DNA of 64,000 nucleotides from an uncultured Erysipelotrichaceae bacterium (GTDB lineage Bacteria; Bacillota_I; Bacilli_A; RF39; UBA660): NCBI GenBank assembly GCA_902797995.1, contig CADBUX010000002.1, positions 7,031 to 71,030 of the forward strand, read 5' to 3'. Shown piece by piece: positions 15,121 to 24,555 of this stretch (position 1 is its first letter; each line of letters starts with the position of its first letter). The notes under the pieces were generated by a model. It saw only the letters and a program-made list of their open reading frames with translations, ran no database searches and was not told where the DNA came from. The position numbers and the translations under genes were made by a program.

Positions 15121-16897
15121 TAAAAAAAGAGTAAAAGAAAAAGAAAAAATCAATCTAAAAGAAGATTTATTAAAACTCTTTAACTATATAAAAAAATATT
15201 TACCTCTTATTATTCCTTCTCTAATACTTGCTTTTGTATCGTCAATCTTTTCAATAATCGGACCAGATAAACTAAAAGATATAACAGATACAATAACAAA
15301 AGGACTAATGACAGGAATAGATTTAGACAAAGTAAAAAGTATAGGTATATTTTTAATTATAATCTATTCTTTGGGAGCAATATTTAACTATATACAAGGC
15401 TTTATAATGTCAACAGTTACTAATAGATGCTCTAAAAAACTAAGAACAGAAATTGGAGAAAAAATAAATAAATTACCACTTAAATACTTCGATCAAACAA
15501 GTTTCGGAGATGTTTTATCAAGAGTAACTAATGATGTTGATACAATAGCAATGAGCCTAAATCAAAGTTTAACAACTCTAGTCAGTAGCACAACACTATT
15601 TTTAGGATCGCTATTTATGATGTTTAAAACAGATTATATAATGGCAATTACAGCGATAGTATCAAGTCTAATTGGATTCATGTTTATGGGATTAATCCTA
15701 AAAAACTCTCAAAAATATTTTAATAAACAACAAAAAGAACTAGGTAATTTAAATGGCCATATTGAAGAAATATATACAGGACATAATATAGTAAAGCTTT
15801 ATAATGCTATAGAGGAATCAAATGAAAAGTTTGATGAAATAAACAAAAGGCTTTATATAAGTAATAGAAAAAGTCAGTTCTTATCAGGACTTATGCCACC
15901 ACTTATGGGATTCATAGGAAACTTTGGATATGTTGCAGTTTGTGTTGTGGGAGCGTCCCTAGTAATAAATGATCATATCTCGTTCGGAGTAATCGTAGCA
16001 TTTATGATATATATTAGATTGTTCACTAATCCCCTTAGTCAAATAGCACAAGCCTTTACCTCACTTCAATCCACCGCGGCAGCATCAGGAAGAGTATTCT
16101 CATTTTTAGAAGAACAAGAAATGACAAAAGAGAACCCAAAAGAAAAACTAGACAAAGACAAAGTAAAAGGTAGTATTGAATTTAAAAATATAGAATTTGG
16201 TTACAATGAGGATAAAATAATAATAAAGAACTTCTCGGCAAAAGTTGAGGCTGGTTCAAAAATAGCAATCGTTGGACCTACTGGAGCAGGTAAAACAACG
16301 ATGGTAAACTTACTTATGAAGTTCTACGATATAGATAAAGGTGATATTTTAATAGATGGTATATCAATCAAAGAGTTATCAAGAGAAAATATCCACGAAT
16401 TATTCACTATGGTACTTCAAGATACTTGGGTATTTAATGGTACTATTAAAGATAATATTAAATATAATAACAAAGGAATAAGTAATGATGAAATAGAAAA
16501 AGTATGCAAAGTAGTGGGCTTAGATTACTTTATAAAAACACTTCCAAAAGGATATAATACAGTATTAAATGAAGTAGAATCTTTATCCCAAGGTCAAAAA
16601 CAATTGCTCACTATAGCAAGAGCAATGTTAAAACAAAAACCATTCTTAATTCTAGATGAAGCAACTAGTAGTGTAGATACAAGAACTGAAGAACTAGTTC
16701 AAAAAGCTATGGATAAATTAACAAAAGGAAAAACAAGTTTTATAATTGCACATAGGCTATCTACTATTAAAAACGCAGATTTAATCCTAGTAATGAAAGA
16801 AGGAAATATAATTGAACAAGGTAGTCACGAAGAACTCCTAAAGAAAAAAGGTTTCTATGCAGAATTATACAATTCACAGTTTGAGAAAGTAGAATAA
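15113..16897 (+). CDS. ABC transporter permease/ATP-binding protein, partner half of heterodimeric exporter
   Basis: It overlaps the upstream gene by 8 nt. Motifs are Walker A GPTGAGKTT, signature LSQGQKQL and Walker B LILDEATS. Confidence 0.9.
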   Translation: MHNKKRVKEKEKINLKEDLLKLFNYIKKYLPLIIPSLILAFVSSIFSIIGPDKLKDITDTITKGLMTGIDLDKVKSIGIFLIIIYSLGAIFNYIQGFIMSTVTNRCSKKLRTEIGEKINKLPLKYFDQTSFGDVLSRVTNDVDTIAMSLNQSLTTLVSSTTLFLGSLFMMFKTDYIMAITAIVSSLIGFMFMGLILKNSQKYFNKQQKELGNLNGHIEEIYTGHNIVKLYNAIEESNEKFDEINKRLYISNRKSQFLSGLMPPLMGFIGNFGYVAVCVVGASLVINDHISFGVIVAFMIYIRLFTNPLSQIAQAFTSLQSTAAASGRVFSFLEEQEMTKENPKEKLDKDKVKGSIEFKNIEFGYNEDKIIIKNFSAKVEAGSKIAIVGPTGAGKTTMVNLLMKFYDIDKGDILIDGISIKELSRENIHELFTMVLQDTWVFNGTIKDNIKYNNKGISNDEIEKVCKVVGLDYFIKTLPKGYNTVLNEVESLSQGQKQLLTIARAMLKQKPFLILDEATSSVDTRTEELVQKAMDKLTKGKTSFIIAHRLSTIKNADLILVMKEGNIIEQGSHEELLKKKGFYAELYNSQFEKVE

Positions 16898-16970
16898 AGG
16901 TTAATACTTTTATTCTTTTTTATTTAAAAATACAGTGACACATGTGATATAATAATTTTAGGTGATAAAT

Positions 16971-19535
16971 ATGAAAAAAGTTATACTAATTGATGGAAAT
17001 AATCTCCTTTTTAGAAGTTATTATGCAACAGCATATCGTGGTCCAATTCTTCGTAATTCAAAAGGTTTTCCTACAAACGGATTATATGGATTTATAAACA
17101 TGCTTAATAAAATAATAAATGAAGAAAAACCAACTTATATGATGATTGCTTTTGATAAAGGTAAAACATTTCGTCATGAAAAGTATGATGGCTACAAAGA
17201 TGGTAGACGTGCTACTCCAGATGAACTTAAAATGCAATTTCCTGTTGCTAAAGAGTTAGCTAAAGCAATGGGTATACCTTGTTTTGAAATAGATAACTAC
17301 GAAGCCGATGATATAATTGGAACATTTGCTAAAGAAGTAGATGAAAACGATGATTTTATATCTACCATAATAAGTAGTGATAAAGATCTTTTACAACTTA
17401 TATCATCTGATAATGAAGTTAAACTTTTAAAAACTAATGATTATATTCGTATGAATAAAGAAACATTTATTGAAACTTATGGTTTCACCCCTGAAAAAAT
17501 GATTGATTTAAAAGGACTTATGGGAGATGCTAGTGATAACATCCCTGGTGTTAAAGGTATCGGAGAAAAAACTGCAATTAAATTGATACAAGATTATGAC
17601 ACTATTGAAAACTTATATGATCATATTGATGAAATAAAAGGTAAAACAAAAGATAAACTATTGGAAGGTAAAGAAAGTGCTTTCTTTTCAAAAGAACTTG
17701 CTACAATCTATAAAGATGTACCAATAGATAAAGATTTAAATAAAATAAAATATAGCGGTTCTACTCCAAAACTTATTCCCCTTATGAAAGAATATGAATT
17801 CTTTTCTTTATTAAAAAAGATGGAAATAAAAGAAGAAAAAAAAGAAATAGATTATGAAGTAGTAGAGTCTTTACATATCGATAATGATAGTTCTATATAT
17901 ATCGAATGTAAAGGTAATTACCACGACAATAATATAATTGGTATTGCTATAACTAATAAAAGTGGTAACTTTTTCATTGAAAAAGACAAAATTAGTAACT
18001 TAACTATTGATCCTGATATAAATCTTTATACTTATGATTTAAAAAAGTTATTGGTGCTTTTAAAATATAATAATATTACTATAAATAATAAAATTGATGA
18101 TTTAAATATCGAAGCATATATTTTAAATTACCCATTAAAAGATGATATATCATATCTTATGGAAGTATGTGGATATAGTAGTCGAAGTATTGAAGAGCTT
18201 TTAAAGAAGAAAGATATTACAAAAGAAGAAATAAATTCTAATTTAATAGAAAAATCTATGTTTATTTATCAAAATAGAACTAAGTTTTATGAAGAATTAA
18301 TTAAAAATGATTATTTACAAATCTATGAAGATATTGATCTTCCTCTTACATATGTTCTATTCTCTATGGAATATACTGGTGTTAATGTTAATAAAGATTA
18401 TCTATTAAAAATGAAAGAAGAAGTATCAGAAAAGATTAATAAAACAGAAAAAGAAATCTATACTTTAGCAAATAATAAAGATTTTAATATAAACAGTCCT
18501 AAACAACTTGGAAAAGTCCTATTCGAAGATTTAGAGATTCCTTATCCTAAGAAAGTAAAAAGTGATAAGAATTATTCAACAAGTGTTGATATTTTAAATA
18601 AATTAAAAGATTATGACATAGTAGATAAGATATTAGAGTATAGAACTCTTACCAAGATTTATTCTAATTATATTGTAGGGCTTCTTGATTTTATTAAAGA
18701 AGATGGAAAGATTCACACAATATTTACCCAAACTCTTACAAGGACAGGAAGATTATCTTCTGTTAGTCCAAACCTTCAGAATATACCAATTAGGGAAGAG
18801 TATGGAAGACTAGTAAGAAAAGCCTTCGTGCCAAGCAACGATTCAGTTATAATCTCAAGTGATTATTCACAAATAGAACTACGTATGTTTGCCCATATGT
18901 CGAATGCTACAAACTTAATAGAGGCATTTAAAAGTGATATGGATATACATACAAAAACAGCTATGGATATATATCATATAAACAAAGATGAAGTAACCCC
19001 AAATCTAAGAAGAAATGCTAAAGCAGTAAACTTTGGTATACTCTACGGAATTAGTAGTTTTGGACTTTCTGAAGATCTAGGAATGAGTATGAAAGAAGCA
19101 AAACAGTTTATTGATAATTATTTAGAAACATATCCAGGTATTAAAGAGTACATGGATAATCTTAAAAAAGAAGCTTATAAAAATGGATATGTAAAAACAC
19201 TATTTGGACGTGTGAGAGTAATAGACGAATTAAAGAGTAATAACTTTATGGTTAGGTCTTCTGGTGAAAGAATGGCGCTTAATACTCCGATTCAAGGTAC
19301 AAGCGCGGACATTATCAAAATTGCTATGATCAATGTTCATAATGAATTAAAGAAAAGGAATCTAAATGCTAAAATGATAATCCAAGTACACGATGAAATA
19401 CTAATCGATTGTCCAAAAAATGAACTTGATGAAGTAATAAAGATAGTAAAAGATAAAATGGAAAACGTATACAAACTAAGAGTGCCTTTAAAAGTAGATA
19501 TAAACTATGGCAATAATTGGTATGAAGCTAAGTAA
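16971..19535 (+). CDS. polA: DNA polymerase I
   Basis: 5' nuclease domain (LIDGNNLLFRSYYA, GVKGIGEKTA) plus polymerase motifs (DYSQIELR, RRNAKAVNFGILYG, QVHDE). Confidence 0.95.
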   Translation: MKKVILIDGNNLLFRSYYATAYRGPILRNSKGFPTNGLYGFINMLNKIINEEKPTYMMIAFDKGKTFRHEKYDGYKDGRRATPDELKMQFPVAKELAKAMGIPCFEIDNYEADDIIGTFAKEVDENDDFISTIISSDKDLLQLISSDNEVKLLKTNDYIRMNKETFIETYGFTPEKMIDLKGLMGDASDNIPGVKGIGEKTAIKLIQDYDTIENLYDHIDEIKGKTKDKLLEGKESAFFSKELATIYKDVPIDKDLNKIKYSGSTPKLIPLMKEYEFFSLLKKMEIKEEKKEIDYEVVESLHIDNDSSIYIECKGNYHDNNIIGIAITNKSGNFFIEKDKISNLTIDPDINLYTYDLKKLLVLLKYNNITINNKIDDLNIEAYILNYPLKDDISYLMEVCGYSSRSIEELLKKKDITKEEINSNLIEKSMFIYQNRTKFYEELIKNDYLQIYEDIDLPLTYVLFSMEYTGVNVNKDYLLKMKEEVSEKINKTEKEIYTLANNKDFNINSPKQLGKVLFEDLEIPYPKKVKSDKNYSTSVDILNKLKDYDIVDKILEYRTLTKIYSNYIVGLLDFIKEDGKIHTIFTQTLTRTGRLSSVSPNLQNIPIREEYGRLVRKAFVPSNDSVIISSDYSQIELRMFAHMSNATNLIEAFKSDMDIHTKTAMDIYHINKDEVTPNLRRNAKAVNFGILYGISSFGLSEDLGMSMKEAKQFIDNYLETYPGIKEYMDNLKKEAYKNGYVKTLFGRVRVIDELKSNNFMVRSSGERMALNTPIQGTSADIIKIAMINVHNELKKRNLNAKMIIQVHDEILIDCPKNELDEVIKIVKDKMENVYKLRVPLKVDINYGNNWYEAK

Positions 19536-19546
19536 GGAGGTAGAGT

Positions 19547-20365
19547 ATGCCTGAATTACCTGAAGTAGAAACGGTAAGACGCGCGCTTCTTTTAAAACTA
19601 AAAGGAAGAACAATAAAAGAAATAACCATTTTATATAATAATGTTTTTGAAAATCAAGACATACAAAAAGTAAAAGAAAAAATAAAGAATCAAACGATCA
19701 ATGACATTTTAAGAAGAGGCAAGTGGTTAGAATTTGTACTAGATGATTACTATTTACTAAGCCATCTTCGTATGGAAGGAAAATATGTTTATAGAAAGCT
19801 TGATGATATAGTAGAAAAGCATCAACATGTACTATTTAATATAGATGACGAATTCTCACTTAGATATAGAGATGTAAGAAAGTTTGGAAAAATGCATCTA
19901 GTAAAAAAAGATGAACTTAGTAAAAGTCCCTTATCAAAATTAGGACTTGAGCCTTGGGATAATAATTTAGATTTAGTATACTTAAAAGAAAAGTATAAAA
20001 AGAAAACACTTCCTATAAAAACAGTATTACTAGATCAAGAAATAATCGTAGGTATAGGAAATATCTATGCTGATGAAATACTATTCCTTTCTAAAATAAA
20101 TCCTCATAAAAAAGCAAAAGAATTAAATGATAAAGAAATGCAAAGTATTATTGATAATACTAAAAAGGTATTAGATAAAGCAATCGAAGAAGGTGGAACA
20201 ACTATAAGAAGTTATACCTCAGAAGAAGGAATAACTGGAAATAATCAAAACAATTTATATGTTCACCAAAGAGAAGGAGAAAAATGCCAAATTTGTAAAA
20301 ATGTAATAGTACGAGAAAAAATCGGAGGACGAAGTACTTATTACTGTCCAAAATGTCAAAAGTAA
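19547..20365 (+). CDS. mutM: Formamidopyrimidine-DNA glycosylase
   Basis: MPELPEVETVRR N-terminus and the C-terminal zinc finger C.IC....GGRSTYYCPKCQK. Confidence 0.95.
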   Translation: MPELPEVETVRRALLLKLKGRTIKEITILYNNVFENQDIQKVKEKIKNQTINDILRRGKWLEFVLDDYYLLSHLRMEGKYVYRKLDDIVEKHQHVLFNIDDEFSLRYRDVRKFGKMHLVKKDELSKSPLSKLGLEPWDNNLDLVYLKEKYKKKTLPIKTVLLDQEIIVGIGNIYADEILFLSKINPHKKAKELNDKEMQSIIDNTKKVLDKAIEEGGTTIRSYTSEEGITGNNQNNLYVHQREGEKCQICKNVIVREKIGGRSTYYCPKCQK

Positions 20366-20406
20366 AGGAGTATTAATAATTCCTTTTTTTTGTAATAAAA
20401 TTTAAT

Positions 20407-21240
20407 ATGAAGAAAATATTAAAAATAATAAGTATTAGTTTATTTACATTGTTTAGCTTTTATTATACTGAAAAAATCATAGATCTTTCAAAAGAAAAAG
20501 ATCCTATTATGATGAAAATAAAAGAAGCCAAAAAAGAAAAAGAGATAGAACCAGTAAATGCCATAGTAACAGAAAATACCATTCTAGTAGGAAAAAGTGG
20601 AAAAAAAATAAACGTTGAAACAAGTTATGAAAAAATGAAAAAAATAAAAGAATATAATGAACAATTACTTGAATATATAAACATTAAACCAACCATAACC
20701 AAAGAACGAAACTATGAAAAGCTTATCACTGGAACAAATACAAATAAAAAAGAAATATCAATTATATTTCAAACAAATGACATTAACTATATTGACCAAA
20801 TTAAATATGTATTAAATAAAAATAGTGTTAAGGGAACATTTTTTATAGATGGTAAGGTTATAGAGAATAATTTTGAATATATGAAATCATTATTTAATAA
20901 TAATTTATCTATAGGAATATATAGTTATAACAATATTTTTAACAACACTAGTGTTAAGTATGTGAAAACTTTAAGCCTGAACAGTATGAATTATAGTAAC
21001 TATTGTTTATATGAAAATGAAGAGTTCTTAAATGCTTGTAAATACTTCAAAATAAATACTATAAAACCTGAAATAATAGCAAAAAATCTATATAATTACT
21101 TAAAGAATAATAAAGAAAATGGAAAAATATATCAAATAAAAACAACAAAACAAAATATAAAAGAGTTAAATAGCACTTTGATATACTTAAAACAAAAGGG
21201 TTACAAGATTATAAGTTTAGATGATTTATTACAACAGTAG
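20407..21240 (+). CDS. Membrane-anchored protein, possibly divergent polysaccharide-deacetylase (NodB-like) family
   Basis: An N-terminal TM segment is followed by a weak NodB-like stretch (ISIIFQTND...KGTFFIDGKV). This is low-certainty motif recognition. Confidence 0.35.
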   Translation: MKKILKIISISLFTLFSFYYTEKIIDLSKEKDPIMMKIKEAKKEKEIEPVNAIVTENTILVGKSGKKINVETSYEKMKKIKEYNEQLLEYINIKPTITKERNYEKLITGTNTNKKEISIIFQTNDINYIDQIKYVLNKNSVKGTFFIDGKVIENNFEYMKSLFNNNLSIGIYSYNNIFNNTSVKYVKTLSLNSMNYSNYCLYENEEFLNACKYFKINTIKPEIIAKNLYNYLKNNKENGKIYQIKTTKQNIKELNSTLIYLKQKGYKIISLDDLLQQ

Positions 21241-21243
21241 AGC

Positions 21244-22110
21244 TCATTCCTTAAAATTAGGAATAAAGCTCTTTTTAGCAGTTTCGTCTTCTTGAACAAA
21301 GCAGTTTCTAATGCCTAAATCATAAGCACAGTCAATAATGTCATTATATTCTTCCTTAGAAATAGTCTTATTAAGTATATCATCATCAAAATGTTTCATG
21401 GGAGTATATTGATTCATAATACTGATATAAATATTATTTTTATATGTATCATAAAGATATTTGATTATCTTTTTAGAATCATATGTCAGAGTAGGAAGCA
21501 TTAAATGTCTTACAATCATTCCTTTTTGCATAATTCCATTTTTAAATTTAGGCTTTCCAACTTGTTTATACATTTCATCAATAACTTCTTTAGCATTATT
21601 ACAGTATCCAGGAGCCAAAGAGTATTTAATTGCTAAGTTATCATCATAGTATTTAAAGTCAGGAAGATAAATATCAATAATACCTTCAAGTTCCTTTATT
21701 GTTTCAACGCTTTCATAAGAGTTAGTGTTATATACAACTGGAATAATAAGACCTTTCTTTTTAGCAAGAATAATTCCTTCTTTTATCTTTAAAGCAAAAT
21801 GTCCCGGAGTAACTAAATTTATATTATTAGCCCCCTTATTTTGAAGTTCTAGACAAATATCAGCAAACTCTTCCAAAGATATTTCTTTCCCGTATTCTTC
21901 TAAAGATATTTCATAGTTTTGGCAATATACACATCTTAAATTACAATTAGAAAAAAATATTGTACCACTCCCATTTTTGCCTGAAATACAAGGCTCCTCG
22001 TAATAGTAAAGCATATACTTAGCAATTTTTAAGTTATTATTAGCATTACAAAACCCAAAGTCTTTATCTCTATCTATATTACAATTTCTTTTACATAAAT
22101 TACAGTTCAT
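21244..22110 (-). CDS. Radical SAM protein (PflX-like activase family)
   Basis: CNLRCVYCQN is the CxxxCxxC motif. I prefer ATG at 22110 (MNCNLC, after GGTGA) to the track's TTG at 22122. Confidence 0.75.
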   Translation of the reverse strand: MNCNLCKRNCNIDRDKDFGFCNANNNLKIAKYMLYYYEEPCISGKNGSGTIFFSNCNLRCVYCQNYEISLEEYGKEISLEEFADICLELQNKGANNINLVTPGHFALKIKEGIILAKKKGLIIPVVYNTNSYESVETIKELEGIIDIYLPDFKYYDDNLAIKYSLAPGYCNNAKEVIDEMYKQVGKPKFKNGIMQKGMIVRHLMLPTLTYDSKKIIKYLYDTYKNNIYISIMNQYTPMKHFDDDILNKTISKEEYNDIIDCAYDLGIRNCFVQEDETAKKSFIPNFKE

Positions 22111-22216
22111 AGACTTCACCAAGAGTTATTATATAGTTATATTTAAATAAATACAATAATTGACACTTAAAATTATTCTTAGTATAATTAGACTTAGTTG
22201 GGGAGGTATTGGTAAA

Positions 22217-22687
22217 GTGGAAAAATTTATTATTATACTTGCGATAATTTCTATTGTTATATTACATTCATTTATAGCACTATATATTGACAGATTAAAT
22301 CACATAAAAGGAAATAGTAGTACAAACTGGGGATTAATTCCTTTTGCAAATGTTTACTTACTAGGAGAACTACTATTTAATAAATTAGTAGGTGCCATCC
22401 TGTTTATAGGATCAGTCCTATCAGTAGACTACCATGTTACATTATTAGGAACAAGATATGGTTTTGATATAATTCCATATAGTCTACGAATTACATTGTT
22501 TATAATAGTTTTAGCTATTACAATTATTCTATTAATCTTCGCAGTAATAGAATATGGCAAAACAGTAAGAAATAATAAATACGTAGGAAATGATCTTACT
22601 TTCTTTATTAAAGAAACACTATGGATATTAATACTAATAATAGTGATATATGTATTATTCTTTATTATAAAAAAGTATTCCGTCTAA
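22217..22687 (+). CDS. Hypothetical polytopic membrane protein
   Basis: GTG 22217 follows GGGGAGG. There are four or more hydrophobic segments, and a terminator hairpin lies at 22686-22712. Confidence 0.5.
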   Translation: MEKFIIILAIISIVILHSFIALYIDRLNHIKGNSSTNWGLIPFANVYLLGELLFNKLVGAILFIGSVLSVDYHVTLLGTRYGFDIIPYSLRITLFIIVLAITIILLIFAVIEYGKTVRNNKYVGNDLTFFIKETLWILILIIVIYVLFFIIKKYSV

Positions 22688-22732
22688 AAAAGTTCAATTT
22701 GAACTTTTTTTTCATAAACTTATATTAAGTGT

Positions 22733-22865
22733 TTGACTTATAAGTATTATTGTGATAAAATCTTATATGTTTAAGGCCTCTCGCTTTAAACCACATCAAA
22801 AAGGTAAAAGTTCCTTTATAGGACACCTCAAGAGTGAGTCTTAGCTAAAAGATAAGGAGGTATGT
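22733..22865 (+). promoter_or_regulatory. rplU promoter (TTGACT-17-TAAAAT with upstream TGTGA) plus ~100-nt structured leader, probable L21 ribosomal-protein leader
   Basis: Its position upstream of rplU-prp-rpmA matches the Firmicute L21 leader. A hairpin GTTTAAG...CTTTAAAC lies at about 22769-22791. Assigned by context, not by covariance model. Confidence 0.45.
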
Positions 22866-23165
22866 ATGAAAGCAATTATTAAAACTGGTGGAAAACAATA
22901 TTTAGTAGAAGAAGGTTCAGTTATTTTTGTAGAAAAATTAAATGCTGAAGAAGGAAAAAATGTTGTTTTTAATGAAGTTCTAATGCTTGATGGTAATGTT
23001 GATAAAGAATCTTTAAAAGGTTCTAAAGTAACTGGTAAAGTTGTTAAACATGGCAAAGGCAAGAAAATAAGAATCTTTAAATATGTTAACAAAAAGAAAA
23101 GTACTAGAAAAGCACAAGGACATCGTCAACCATATACAAAGGTTGAAATTACTAAAATAGGGTAA
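22866..23165 (+). CDS. rplU: 50S ribosomal protein L21
   Basis: MKAIIKTGGKQYLVEEG...HRQPYTKVEI. Confidence 0.95.
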   Translation: MKAIIKTGGKQYLVEEGSVIFVEKLNAEEGKNVVFNEVLMLDGNVDKESLKGSKVTGKVVKHGKGKKIRIFKYVNKKKSTRKAQGHRQPYTKVEITKIG

Positions 23166-23170
23166 TTAAA

Positions 23171-23467
23171 ATGATTAAAATAAGAATTAAAGAAAATAAT
23201 AATAAAATAGAAGAAATTTCTATAATAGGACATGCTATGTATGATGATTTTGGTAAAGATATAGTTTGTAGTAGTGTTAGTAGTATAGTAATAACTACAG
23301 TAAATGCTATAGAAAGAATAGATAAGGATTCTATTAGTTATACTGAATTACCATTTAATCTTAAAAAAGAAAAAGATAACGAAATAACAAATGTATTACT
23401 TATTAATATGATAGATTTACTAAAAGAATTACAAGAGCAATATCCAAAAAACATTACATTTTTATAG
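23171..23467 (+). CDS. prp: Ribosomal-processing cysteine protease Prp
   Basis: It lies between rplU and rpmA. The GHA....G.DIVC.SVS motif is present. Confidence 0.85.
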   Translation: MIKIRIKENNNKIEEISIIGHAMYDDFGKDIVCSSVSSIVITTVNAIERIDKDSISYTELPFNLKKEKDNEITNVLLINMIDLLKELQEQYPKNITFL

Positions 23468-23477
23468 GAGGATAATT

Positions 23478-23756
23478 ATGATGAAATTAAATATCCAATT
23501 ATTTGCTCATAAAAAAGGTGGAGGTTCTACATCAAATGGTAGAGATTCTGCAGGAAGAAGACTTGGAGCTAAAATAGCAGACGGACAAACTGCTAAAGCT
23601 GGATCAATTATCTATCGTCAAAGAGGAACTAGAATCCATGCCGGTGCAAATGTTGGAATGGGAAATGATCATACTTTATTTGCCAAAATAGATGGTATAG
23701 TAAAATATGAAAGACTAGGAAAAGATAAAAAACAAGTAAGTGTTATTGCAGAATAA
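23478..23756 (+). CDS. rpmA: 50S ribosomal protein L27 (with Prp-cleaved N-terminal extension)
   Basis: [24 protein letters not shown]: the propeptide ends at F-A, as in Firmicute L27. Confidence 0.95.
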   Translation: MMKLNIQLFAHKKGGGSTSNGRDSAGRRLGAKIADGQTAKAGSIIYRQRGTRIHAGANVGMGNDHTLFAKIDGIVKYERLGKDKKQVSVIAE

Positions 23757-23833
23757 TACTTCTTTTTTTTACATGATGTATTAAGTTTACGAACATCTTG
23801 AAATTAAGCAATATTTTTGATATAGTATACATA

Positions 23834-23944
23834 TGAAGGAAACTTCATAAAATAAAAAAGAGATACGTTTGAAGCGAGAATCAGACGTTTCCCAATATTG
23901 GTGACATCTGAAATCACAGAGGTGTGAGATCAGATGCCTTTTTG
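23834..23944 (+). ncRNA. Candidate small RNA (antisense to the 3' end of the minus-strand small ORF)
   Basis: Near-consensus promoter TTGAAA (23798-23803)-17 nt-TATAGT (23821-23826). A strong terminator hairpin at 23903-23938 (CATCTGA/TCAGATG plus TCACA/TGTGA) is followed by T-run 23939-23943. Confidence 0.45.
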
Positions 23945-24022
23945 TTGTCTATATAATAAAGTGATTATTATAAAGAATAAAAGTAATATTATAAAATATA
24001 AAGAGATTTCTCTTTTATTCAT
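23930..24022 (-). CDS. Small hydrophobic peptide, 30 aa (type I toxin-like)
   Basis: On the minus strand, SD GAGGGAG is followed by 7 nt and ATG. The product is MNKREISLYFIILLLFFIIITLLYRQQKGI: one TM helix with a basic C-terminal tail. A putative promoter (ATTACA-17-TATTAT) lies at 24129-24101. Confidence 0.45.
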   Translation of the reverse strand: MNKREISLYFIILLLFFIIITLLYRQQKGI

Positions 24023-24185
24023 ACTATCACTCCCTCTCTTTAAACCCCCAGTAAAGATTGGGAAGACATCTGACTTTTTGGGACGTATCCTCTATATCGT
24101 ATAATAAATAGAACAAATAATAATGTAATTCTCCATAACTTTACATTGGTAATTTTTGGTAATAATAATTTTAATTGATAAGCAT

Positions 24186-24226
24186 AAAAGTAATTATTAG
24201 ATTTATTGAATAATTACTTTTATTTT
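24186..24226 (+). terminator. Strong 13-bp hairpin (AAAAGTAATTATT / AATAATTACTTTT) followed by ATTTT, just upstream of the gatC promoter
   Basis: Stem 24186-24198 / 24209-24221. Confidence 0.5.
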
Positions 24227-24261
24227 GATATAATTATAAGGAATGAGAAAGGAACGTGTAT

Positions 24262-24555
24262 ATGGATAAATTAACAAAAGAAGAAGTACTTCATGTTGCA
24301 GATTTAGGTAAACTTGAATTGAATGATGAAGAAATAGATAGATTTTCATATCAATTAAAAGAACTATTTAATGAAATAGATAAAGTAAATGAAATAAATG
24401 TTTCTGTAGAAGATGGAATATTTAGTCCTTTAAATAATGAATGTGAAATGTTTTCTGATGAGTATATAGTGTTTGAAAATCCAAATAAACTTATAGAAAA
24501 TGCGCCAGAAAAATTAGAAAACTTTATAGAAGTGGCAGGTGTTTTTGATGAGTAA
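24262..24555 (+). CDS. gatC: Asp/Glu-tRNA amidotransferase subunit C
   Basis: MDKLTKEEVLHVADLGKLEL...E.....L; it lies first in the gatCAB order. Confidence 0.9.
   Translation: MDKLTKEEVLHVADLGKLELNDEEIDRFSYQLKELFNEIDKVNEINVSVEDGIFSPLNNECEMFSDEYIVFENPNKLIENAPEKLENFIEVAGVFDE

Noticed and set aside
23757-24255. T-box or other riboswitch leader for gatCAB
   Set aside because: No T-box consensus (AAnnnGGGTGGTACCGCG) and no specifier-loop architecture are present, unlike the clear ileS T-box at 61320-61525. gatC has its own -10 box at about 24224-24233, downstream of a strong hairpin. The region is better explained by the small-ORF / antisense-RNA locus.
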